64,000 bases of DNA from Candidatus Nanopelagicales bacterium (GTDB lineage Bacteria; Actinomycetota; Actinomycetes; S36-B12; UBA5976). The translations under genes and the position numbers were made by a program. The notes under the pieces are model-generated. The model made no database searches. It saw nothing but the letters and a program-made list of their open reading frames with translations, and was not told the origin of the DNA. The stretch spans positions 6 to 64,005 of the forward strand of contig JBDNJO010000001.1 of the NCBI GenBank assembly GCA_041687715.1. Reading direction: 5' to 3'. This document shows positions 9,959-17,644 of this stretch, one piece after another; the first letter of the stretch is position 1; each line of letters begins with the position of its first letter.

Positions 9959-11439
9959 ATAGTTCCTTTTTCAAGTCCAGTAAGAACTTCCTGCGCACGA
10001 ATCTTAAGTTCAGGTAAGTCGCTTAAGCGCTTTAAGCCTGCGACTTGTTGGGACATGCGATGGTTCTTTGCAAACTCTTCTTTATGACGGTCTAAAAAGT
10101 CCCAGTACAAAGTCGTGAACGGACAGGCTGTTTCGCCAACTCGTAATTTGGGATCGTATGCGCAGCCTTTACAAAACTGAGTCATCCGGGAGATGTAAGC
10201 GCCACCAGCTGCATAAGGCTTAGTCATTAATTCGCCACCATCAGCGTGAAGGCCCATGCCAATTATGTTTGGGACCATAACCCATTCAGTGGCATCAATG
10301 AATTGCTCACGCATCCAATCCAAGAATTCAATTGGATTTACACCAGTTACAAGTGCAAGATTACTTAGAATCATTAACCGGGGGATGTGATGCGTCCAAG
10401 CCCTAGTCTCAATGTCAGAAACAATGCCTTGCATGCATTTCATTTGCGTTTTTGTGGAATTTTGGAATAACGGAAGTAATTTGCGCTGCGCCGTCAAACC
10501 ATTTTTAAATTTGTAATCTGCCCCAAGGTGCCAATACATTCCATTTAAGTATTCCCGCCACCCGATTATTTGCCGAACAAATGCCTCAACAGATGCAATG
10601 GGTGCTTGATCTGCTTTGTATTTTGCGAGCGCTGCGGCAATAACTTCGGATGCATGAAGCAGACCATTATTGAGATAAGGACTCAGGAGTGAGTGGTGCA
10701 GTGCCCAGCTGTCGTTACTTACTGCGTCTTCGTACGGACCAAAATTTGTCAGGTTATGTTTAATGAAATGATCTAGCTGCGCTAATGCGCCGGCTCTTGT
10801 GGTTGCCCAAGTTTTTGTTGGATCAAGCCCTAGTTCTGCGCAAACTTCGAGATCTATTTTGTCACGCTTATGTTCTAAATATTCTGGCCAGGTGTAGTTC
10901 TTGGGTGGAGGTAGTCGATTTTCTTTATCGAAGTTCCAAACTCCTGTTTCAGGCTTGCCAGCATCCATCATTATGTTGAGGCGAGTACGTTGCGCTCGGT
11001 AGAAAGTTTCCATTAAAAATGATTTTTGTTTCCCAGCCCACACTTCGAAGTCCACTCGAGTAGTTAGGAAGAAATCATTTGGCACAAACTCAACACCAAA
11101 TTCAGCTAGTTGTTGGTATTGCACAAAGGACGAAGGCTCTGCCGAAAAGATCGGCAATTTTCCAAACTCAGTCTGCGCAAGTTTTAGGCCATCAATTGTG
11201 GTTGGCGACTTAAGGTAGCTAACTTTAAATCCAGCGTCTTTCAGATCAGCGGCGAAATGGCGAGCAGATGAGATTAAGAAGAACAATCGCTCCTTATGCC
11301 ACGGGCGACCTGATGTCATTCGCGCACTTTCCACAATCACGATTTGGTCGGTGGCTTTGTCTGCCGTTTTTAGTACCCCGTAGTCACGATTCAAGTGATC
11401 AAATGGAATGTAGAGAATCCGCTTCACATTGGTGCTCAT
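9955..11439 (-). CDS. Fe-S bacterial cryptochrome/photolyase (FeS-BCP; PhrB/CryB-type (6-4) photolyase family)
   Basis: 494-aa COG3046-type photolyase-related protein. Cys spacing is C-x87-C-x2-C-x12-C (KCMQG ... [20 protein letters not shown]), identical to the 4Fe-4S ligand spacing of Agrobacterium PhrB (C350/C438/C441/C454). Confidence 0.85.
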   Translation of the reverse strand: MSTNVKRILYIPFDHLNRDYGVLKTADKATDQIVIVESARMTSGRPWHKERLFFLISSARHFAADLKDAGFKVSYLKSPTTIDGLKLAQTEFGKLPIFSAEPSSFVQYQQLAEFGVEFVPNDFFLTTRVDFEVWAGKQKSFLMETFYRAQRTRLNIMMDAGKPETGVWNFDKENRLPPPKNYTWPEYLEHKRDKIDLEVCAELGLDPTKTWATTRAGALAQLDHFIKHNLTNFGPYEDAVSNDSWALHHSLLSPYLNNGLLHASEVIAAALAKYKADQAPIASVEAFVRQIIGWREYLNGMYWHLGADYKFKNGLTAQRKLLPLFQNSTKTQMKCMQGIVSDIETRAWTHHIPRLMILSNLALVTGVNPIEFLDWMREQFIDATEWVMVPNIIGMGLHADGGELMTKPYAAGGAYISRMTQFCKGCAYDPKLRVGETACPFTTLYWDFLDRHKEEFAKNHRMSQQVAGLKRLSDLPELKIRAQEVLTGLEKGTI

Positions 11440-11579
11440 TTTTCTGACTTACATTTCTGGGAACAGAATTTAACGTTTTCCCAATCTCGTTCCCATTTTT
11501 TACGCCATTCAAAATCAAGTCCGCAACCCAAGCACGTCTTGGGAGAGTGACCATTTTTTGTTTTGGCTATGCGCGGCAT
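11436..11579 (-). CDS. DUF2256-family small zinc-ribbon protein (47 aa), absent from the ORF track
   Basis: Hand translation gives [47 protein letters not shown]. It has CxxC...CxxxC cysteines. Its TGA stop overlaps the photolyase ATG (ATGA). Confidence 0.7.
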   Translation of the reverse strand: MPRIAKTKNGHSPKTCLGCGLDFEWRKKWERDWENVKFCSQKCKSEK

Positions 11580-11610
11580 GGCTCCAAATATAGATGCAGT
11601 CTTGGTTTGG

Positions 11611-11765
11611 TGCTCACTTACGCTCGTTGACCCGTTCTGCCAAGGACAAGTGAACGGAACAGGGCGTGGACAGAAATAAATTAGCGGGGGAAATGCTCAC
11701 TTACGCTCGTTGACCCGTTCTGCCAAGCACAAGTGAACGGAACAGGGCACTGACAGAAATAAATT
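11611..11765. repeat. Tandem duplication with 83-bp period (72-bp homologous cores at 11611-11682 and 11694-11765)
   Basis: The cores differ at 4 of 72 positions. Each contains the CCGTTC-N14-GAACGG inverted repeat. The array lies between tRNA-Arg and the DUF2256-photolyase operon. Confidence 0.9.
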
Positions 11766-11775
11766 TCTGGCTCCT

Positions 11776-11851
11776 TGGTACGCCCGAGAGGACTCGAACC
11801 TCCAACCGACAGGGTAGAAACCTGGTGCTCTATCCATTGAGCTACGGGCGC
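11776..11851 (-). tRNA. tRNA-Arg (anticodon TCT)
   Basis: The reverse complement GCGCCCGTAGCTCAATGGATAGAGCACCAGGTTTCTACCCTG...GGTTCGAGTCCTCTCGGGCGTACCA folds as a cloverleaf. The anticodon loop is TTTCTAC and CCA is encoded. Confidence 0.85.
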
Positions 11852-11933
11852 ATCGCTCACAAGAAAACCGGTGAGCCTTGCAATTCTATCTGCGGGAATT
11901 GAGCAGTGTTTGGCACGCGTTAGACTCGTGCTC

Positions 11934-13631
11934 ATGGCTGAGTTCATTTATACCCTTTCAAAAGCACGTAAAGCCCACGGCGACAAGGTCATTTTGGATG
12001 ACGTAACGCTGTCATTCTTGCCTGGGGCAAAGATTGGTGTGGTTGGTCCCAACGGAGCGGGTAAGTCCACTTTGCTAAAGATCATGTCGGGCGCAGAGCA
12101 AGTATCAAATGGTGATGCCATGCTTGCAGCCGGCTACACAGTTGGCATGTTGGAACAAGAGCCACACTTAGATGACACTAAAAACGTGTTAGAAAACGTG
12201 CAAGAAGGTGTTGCTGAAACGATGGCAATGCTGGCTCGATTTAACGAAGTCTCTGCCCAGATGGCTGATCCAGATGCTGACTTTGATGCGTTGATGGCTG
12301 AAATGGGAACTTTGCAAGAAGCTATTGATCACAAAAATGCCTGGGATTTAGATAATCAACTTGAACAAGCTATGGACGCGCTGCGATGCCCGCCAAGTGA
12401 TGCTGATGTAAGCGTACTTTCTGGTGGTGAGCGCCGTCGCGTTGCGCTTTGCAAACTCTTATTGCAACAGCCAGATCTGTTACTTCTGGATGAACCAACT
12501 AACCACTTGGATGCTGAAAGTGTTAATTGGCTGGAACAACATCTGGAGAAATACCCAGGAACAGTTATTGCGATCACCCACGATAGATACTTCCTAGATA
12601 ACGTTGCGCAGTGGATTTTGGAGCTTGACCGCGGTCGCGCATATCCATATGAAGGTAACTACTCAACATACTTAGAAAAGAAGCAGGCTCGTCTGAAAGT
12701 AGAAGGCGCAAAAGATGCCAAGCTTTCACGCCGGTTGCAGGAAGAACTCGAATGGGTACGTTCCAATGCCAAAGCCCGTCAGACAAAAAGCCGTGCACGT
12801 TTGGATCGCTATGAAGAAATGGCGATTGAAGCTGAAAAGACGCGCAAGATGGACTTTGAAGAAATCCAGATTCCACCTGGTCCCCGTCTTGGAAATGTAG
12901 TTATCGAAGCGGATCATTTGTCTAAGGGATTTGGCGATCGAATTCTTATGGATGACCTTTCATTCACGCTTCCACGTAATGGCATCATCGGTGTAATCGG
13001 ACCTAACGGTGTTGGTAAGACCACGCTGTTTCGAATGATTGTTGCAGCGGCCGAAGGTGTTACCACCGATGAATCAACACAGCCAGATTCTGGTTCGCTT
13101 CGTGTTGGCGAAACTGTGAAACTTTCCTACGTTGACCAGAGTCGTTCTGGTCTAGACCCAACCAAAAATGTTTGGGAAGTTGTCTCTGATGGCCTGGATT
13201 GGATCAAAGTTGGCGCAGTCGAAATGCCATCACGCGCTTACATTGGAGCGTTTGGCTTCAAGGGTCCAGATCAGCAAAAGCCGTCCGGAGTACTTTCCGG
13301 TGGTGAACGCAACCGGCTAAATCTTGCTTTGACTTTGAAGCAAGGTGGCAACGTACTTTTGCTCGATGAACCAACTAATGATCTTGATGTGGAAACGCTT
13401 GGATCGCTAGAAAATGCATTACTGGAATTCCCAGGTTGCGCGGTCATTACCTCGCACGATCGCTGGTTCCTAGACCGCATCGCAACCCACATTCTGGCTT
13501 ATGAAGGCGATTCCCAATGGTTCTGGTTCGAAGGAAACTTCGAGTCTTATGAAAAGAATAAAATTGATCGTCTTGGCGCAGATGCTGCTCGTCCGCATCG
13601 TGCGACGTATCGAAAGCTAACACGCGGCTAA
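11934..13631 (+). CDS. ettA: Energy-dependent translational throttle protein EttA (ABC-F ATPase)
   Basis: N-terminus MAEFIYTLSKARKAHGDKVILDDV. Two ABC cassettes (GPNGAGKST/LSGGERRR and GPNGVGKTT/LSGGERNR). The start was moved from 11871, which overlaps the tRNA, to ATG 11934. Confidence 0.9.
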   Translation: MAEFIYTLSKARKAHGDKVILDDVTLSFLPGAKIGVVGPNGAGKSTLLKIMSGAEQVSNGDAMLAAGYTVGMLEQEPHLDDTKNVLENVQEGVAETMAMLARFNEVSAQMADPDADFDALMAEMGTLQEAIDHKNAWDLDNQLEQAMDALRCPPSDADVSVLSGGERRRVALCKLLLQQPDLLLLDEPTNHLDAESVNWLEQHLEKYPGTVIAITHDRYFLDNVAQWILELDRGRAYPYEGNYSTYLEKKQARLKVEGAKDAKLSRRLQEELEWVRSNAKARQTKSRARLDRYEEMAIEAEKTRKMDFEEIQIPPGPRLGNVVIEADHLSKGFGDRILMDDLSFTLPRNGIIGVIGPNGVGKTTLFRMIVAAAEGVTTDESTQPDSGSLRVGETVKLSYVDQSRSGLDPTKNVWEVVSDGLDWIKVGAVEMPSRAYIGAFGFKGPDQQKPSGVLSGGERNRLNLALTLKQGGNVLLLDEPTNDLDVETLGSLENALLEFPGCAVITSHDRWFLDRIATHILAYEGDSQWFWFEGNFESYEKNKIDRLGADAARPHRATYRKLTRG

Positions 13632-13750
13632 ATTTCTGCGAGCGCTTTACACTCCAGTTTTTTATGCGACAAGACACTTGCAGTTCAGGCGTTGTTTAAG
13701 TTTCGTTAGTTTTTATGTGTCACATTTGTGTCATGAAAGATGTTATGAAA

Positions 13751-14215
13751 ATGAATGACCTTAAACCGTGGATTACTAGAAACATCGCACTTGTTGCGCA
13801 CGACAATCAAAAAGAGGAATTACTCGACTGGAGTAAGAAAAACCGGCGCTTACTTTCTCGGCACAATCTGTTTGCCACTGGCACAACTGGCGCTTTGCTG
13901 GCTGATTCTTTAGATCTGCCAGTGCAACGGTTTTTAAGTGGTCCACTCGGCGGCGATCAACAGATTGGCGCAGCGATTGCAGAAGGCAAAATCGACATCT
14001 TAGTTTTCTTCTGGGACCCATTGGAACCGCAGCCGCATGATCCAGATGTGAAAGCGTTATTGCGCATTGCAACACTTTGGAATGCAGGTATTGCAGTAAA
14101 TCGCACAACGGCAGACATGTTGATTATCTCGCAACTTTTCGAAGCGGACTTTCCAACTAAGCGCCCAATTTTTGCAGCTGGCGCAGTGCAAAGTGATTTC
14201 CTAGAGGTCAACTAG
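13751..14215 (+). CDS. mgsA: Methylglyoxal synthase
   Basis: [22 protein letters not shown] and [10 protein letters not shown] motifs. Start choice among M1/M7/M11/M13 is uncertain. Confidence 0.85.
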   Translation: MNDLKPWITRNIALVAHDNQKEELLDWSKKNRRLLSRHNLFATGTTGALLADSLDLPVQRFLSGPLGGDQQIGAAIAEGKIDILVFFWDPLEPQPHDPDVKALLRIATLWNAGIAVNRTTADMLIISQLFEADFPTKRPIFAAGAVQSDFLEVN

Positions 14216-14270
14216 TCACTTGTGTCGCGATACGCTGGACTAATTAGTTCCTACTTAGGCAGGTTTTTAG

Positions 14271-14672
14271 GTGGCAATTCTTAGCGTTCCAGTTCATTTG
14301 CGCTGGGGTGATATGGATGTCTTTGAGCACATAAACAATGTTGCTTACGTTGGTTATCTAGAAGATGCTCGCGTTTCATTATTGGCAAATGCTGGTTTTG
14401 CCCCTGAGTTAGATGGCATTAGACAGTTTGTTGTTCGCCATGACATCGAATATTTAAAGCCTTTGACATATCGACCAGAGCCGATGCAAATGAACGTTTG
14501 GATTGAATCGATCGGAAACAGTTCTTATGTAATTGGGTATAGCTTGCTTGATAAGAATGCAGAATACATGCGAGCAAAAACCACTATGGTGTGCATGAAT
14601 ATGGAAAGTGGTCTTCCGGGCCGCATTCCATCGCAACTTAAAGAAACTTACGAAAATTTAATGCGTAGTTAG
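14271..14672 (+). CDS. Acyl-CoA thioesterase, 4HBT/YbgC hotdog fold
   Basis: 133 aa. N-terminus VHLRWGDMDVFEHINNVAY is typical of the YbgC/FcoT-like family. GTG start. Confidence 0.7.
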   Translation: MAILSVPVHLRWGDMDVFEHINNVAYVGYLEDARVSLLANAGFAPELDGIRQFVVRHDIEYLKPLTYRPEPMQMNVWIESIGNSSYVIGYSLLDKNAEYMRAKTTMVCMNMESGLPGRIPSQLKETYENLMRS

Positions 14673-14726
14673 TTCTTTTTCAGTAAAAAATAGACTGGCG
14701 CTCTAATAAAGCTAAGAATGTAGTTA

Positions 14727-15104
14727 TTAAAACTCGGTATTAACCAAGCTGTTTGCTGCTGCTACCAGGTATTCCCACAAGTCTTGGCGAGCATCCAGCG
14801 GCATTTCAAGTTTCTCAAGAGATGCTTGCATATGATCGAGCCAGCGATCTCGGGCATCAGCATCTATAACGAAAGGCATATGACGCATGCGCAAGCGAGG
14901 ATGTCCACGTTCTGTTTGATAGGTAGTTGGGCCACCCCAATATTGTTGTAAAAATAATGCAAGATGACGACGAGCTTGGACTAAATCGTGCCCTTGATAC
15001 ATAGCGCTGAGAACTTCATCACTTTCGATGCCGTGGTAAAAACCATCAACAAGTTTTACGAAGAAATCTTCGCCACCAACAGCCTCAAATAAAGTGCGTT
15101 CCAC
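14727..15104 (-). CDS. glbO: Group II truncated hemoglobin (trHbO)
   Basis: 125 aa. TLFEAVGGEDFFVKLVDGFY and the HPRLRMRHMPF motif. Same neighbourhood as Mtb glbO. GTG start. Confidence 0.85.
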   Translation of the reverse strand: MERTLFEAVGGEDFFVKLVDGFYHGIESDEVLSAMYQGHDLVQARRHLALFLQQYWGGPTTYQTERGHPRLRMRHMPFVIDADARDRWLDHMQASLEKLEMPLDARQDLWEYLVAAANSLVNTEF

Positions 15105-15118
15105 GTGTCTAGTTTGCC

Positions 15119-16603
15119 CTAGTTAACAGCTAGTTTTTTCACATCTAGTGCCGCAGCAGCCTTGGTGATATTTCTAGTCATCGAACCAAATACAAATCCA
15201 TGGAATGGCCAAACTGACCACCAGTATGCATGGCCCGCCAATCCTTTGGGGTGGTAGATAGCGTGCTGGTGATACATGGTTTCGCCAGCATCATTTTTTT
15301 CAACACGAAGTTCTAGCCAAGCAAGCCCTGGCATGTACATTTCAGCTCTAAGCCGGAGTAACTCACCTGGAATACATTCTTCAACGCGCCAGAAATCTAC
15401 AATCTCACCGGCAAGCAATTTATTTGGATCACGTCGGCCGCGGCGAATGCCGGGACCACCAAAGAATCTATCTATAAGTCCACGCGTTTCCCACGCCAGT
15501 GGGAAGGAGTACCAACCATTTTGGCCACCAATGCCTTCAATAATTTTCCATAGTGATTCCGGGGAAGAATTAGAAGGAACATAACGATCGTCTGTGTAGA
15601 GCGAACCACCAGCCCACTCTGGATCTGTCGGAAGCGGCTCACTTGGCTCTCCGATCATTGATGCAGAAGACCAACGAGACATTACGTTAGCTTGGCGAAT
15701 TCGCGTTAGTGCAATTGCAACGGAATCCTCAAATCCAAGCAATCCCTCAGGGGGATCAGGAATGTACTGCTTGATGTCATGCTCTGCACAAATAACTTCA
15801 GTTTTTAAGCTGTCAACGAGTGGTCGCGCAATCTTTTTTGGAACTGGTGTAACAAGCCCAATCCAACGCGCTGAAAGTCCAGGGGAGAGGATATTGATTG
15901 GCAAAATAATGCGTTTGCGCAGACCCGCAACGCTGGCATAGCCATGCATCATTTTTTGATACGTCAGGATGTCAGGACCACCAATGTCAAAAGTTCGATT
16001 GATTCCCGCGGGCAAGTTACGAGCCTCCACAAGATAGCGAAGAACATCGCGAATTGCAATCGGTTGAATCTTGGTACGAACCCATCGTGGAGTAATCATC
16101 GCTGGCAAAATTTCAGTGAGGTAGCGCAGCATCTCGAAGGAAAGGCTGCCCGAACCAATAATGACTGCAGCGCCATAGGCAATCGTTGGGACACCTGAAT
16201 TCAAGAAAATGTTTCCTACTTCAGCGCGTGAGCGCAAGTGTGGGGAAAGTTTTGGATCATTCTGTAGGCCACCAAGATAAATAATTCGGCTGACTTTATT
16301 ATCTTTGGCTGCTTTGGCAAAAACAGTTGCAGTGTGACGTTCGTTTTCCTCGAGGTTGCCAGCGCTACCTATGGCGTGTATGAGGTAATAAGCGACGTCA
16401 ACGTCTCTCAGGGCATCGTCGCAAACCTTGGGGTCATCAGCATTGCCAGATACGATTTCAACTTGGTCGAACCAAGGGTGCTGCGATATGCGCTCAGGGT
16501 GCCGCACAAGTACTCGAACTGTTACGCCCTCTTCGAGCAATCTGGGTATTAATCGGCCACCAATGTAACCAGTGGCGCCAGTAACTAAGCAACGTTGTGT
16601 CAT
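15119..16603 (-). CDS. NAD(P)-binding SDR/NmrA-like domain fused to a DUF2867-like C-terminal domain
   Basis: N-terminal VTGATGYIGGRL Rossmann motif, followed by a C-terminal domain of about 180 aa (WYSFPLAWETRGLIDRFFGGPG...). Confidence 0.7.
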   Translation of the reverse strand: MTQRCLVTGATGYIGGRLIPRLLEEGVTVRVLVRHPERISQHPWFDQVEIVSGNADDPKVCDDALRDVDVAYYLIHAIGSAGNLEENERHTATVFAKAAKDNKVSRIIYLGGLQNDPKLSPHLRSRAEVGNIFLNSGVPTIAYGAAVIIGSGSLSFEMLRYLTEILPAMITPRWVRTKIQPIAIRDVLRYLVEARNLPAGINRTFDIGGPDILTYQKMMHGYASVAGLRKRIILPINILSPGLSARWIGLVTPVPKKIARPLVDSLKTEVICAEHDIKQYIPDPPEGLLGFEDSVAIALTRIRQANVMSRWSSASMIGEPSEPLPTDPEWAGGSLYTDDRYVPSNSSPESLWKIIEGIGGQNGWYSFPLAWETRGLIDRFFGGPGIRRGRRDPNKLLAGEIVDFWRVEECIPGELLRLRAEMYMPGLAWLELRVEKNDAGETMYHQHAIYHPKGLAGHAYWWSVWPFHGFVFGSMTRNITKAAAALDVKKLAVN

Positions 16604-16660
16604 ATCTAATTGTCGCTTATTTAGAATGTTGGTGCAGACTGGGTCTGACCGGATTGCTCA

Positions 16661-17176
16661 TTATTGTTGGCGGCTATGGTTGGCAACATTCAAAATCTCA
16701 CCATTTCGGATGTACCAAAGTCGGCCGTCACTGTCGCGGACCTGAGTTACGCGAAGCGCAACGTCCACGACCGTGCCGTGAATTGTGCCAATCTCAACTT
16801 CATCACCCAAACCAAATTGATCTTCCATTATCAAGAAGATTCCAGAAATGTAATCCTTGACCAAAGTTTGTGCGCCGAAACCTACTGCGACGCCGAGAAT
16901 TCCGGCAGAAGCTAGCAAGGGGCCGACGTTGATACCTGCGATTGCCAAAATAGTTATTAACGCAATGATCCAAACGGTGCTGCTTATAGTGCCGTGGAGC
17001 AAGCGACTTACTGTGGCAGCTCGTTGATCTGACCTGGAACTGGAGCTAAGTGCACGCTTTGTGAGTCGATCTACAGCTCGCAGCAAGACGACTCGTGCTA
17101 CCAGGGCAACGACAACCACGATTGCTACTTTCACGGGTTGACCTAAAAACCAAGCCAGAACTTCTTTTGAATCCAT
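16661..17176 (-). CDS. Small MscS-family mechanosensitive channel (171 aa)
   Basis: The GFGAQTLVKDYISGIFLIMEDQFGLGDEVEI pore-helix/beta-domain motif is present. The start was moved from 17278 to ATG 17176. The protein ends right after the beta domain. Confidence 0.7.
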   Translation of the reverse strand: MDSKEVLAWFLGQPVKVAIVVVVALVARVVLLRAVDRLTKRALSSSSRSDQRAATVSRLLHGTISSTVWIIALITILAIAGINVGPLLASAGILGVAVGFGAQTLVKDYISGIFLIMEDQFGLGDEVEIGTIHGTVVDVALRVTQVRDSDGRLWYIRNGEILNVANHSRQQ

Positions 17177-17255
17177 TTCTTCATTGTGTCCTATGCCACG
17201 CCGAATTCTTTGGATGCGTAGGGAAAATGAAAATATCCTGTCGTAAAATAAAGGA

Positions 17256-17573
17256 GTGATTACTGCTACCCGCCGCATATGGGCAACAACTACTGCAACT
17301 GCAATTCTGAGCGCAACCGCAATTTACCCGGTAATGGCGCAGACTAATAAACGCGACGACGGTGATGAACCAGGCGAACCAATGGGAACGCTTAGTGCAA
17401 TCCTTTGGTTTGTTGTTTTGCCGATTGCTATCACTGGAATCATTACCCTGTTAACGCTTGGGCCAAGCTGGACTAGTGCAGCACGAAATTCAACTCGTGA
17501 TGGCTACTTAGATGACCCAACTCTTAGCGACAAACAAATCCCACCAAGTGAACGTTCTCAGATCACTTACTAG
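17256..17573 (+). CDS. Hypothetical secreted/membrane protein (105 aa)
   Basis: Signal-like N-terminus (ATTTATAILSATAIYPVMAQ) and one TM helix (LSAILWFVVLPIAITGIITLLTL). No recognisable family. The start is uncertain because the SD overlaps the GTG. Confidence 0.35.
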   Translation: MITATRRIWATTTATAILSATAIYPVMAQTNKRDDGDEPGEPMGTLSAILWFVVLPIAITGIITLLTLGPSWTSAARNSTRDGYLDDPTLSDKQIPPSERSQITY

Positions 17574-17578
17574 ATAAT

Positions 17579-17644
17579 TTAGCTCCGTCACGTGCCTGAC
17601 ATCGCAGTATTTACTTAGCTCCGTCACATGCCTGACATCGCAGT
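17579..17644. repeat. Direct duplication (30 bp, 36-bp period) of the pepN 3' end
   Basis: TTAGCTCCGTCAC[G/A]TGCCTGACATCGCAGT occurs at 17579-17608 and 17615-17644. The second copy encodes the pepN C-terminus LRCQACDGAK. Confidence 0.9.

Noticed and set aside
11611-11765. Whether the tandem repeats (here and at 42891-43017) are CRISPR arrays
   Set aside because: There are only 2-3 directly abutting copies with no unique spacers. The units (83 and 58 bp) are too long, and there are no cas genes in the window.
11681-11947. ORFs overlapping tRNA genes (11681..11947, 22290..22511, 8120..8356, 42258..42704)
   Set aside because: Each spans a well-folded tRNA (Arg, Gly, His, Ala) or runs antisense to a confident CDS. 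There are no RBS or homology cues.
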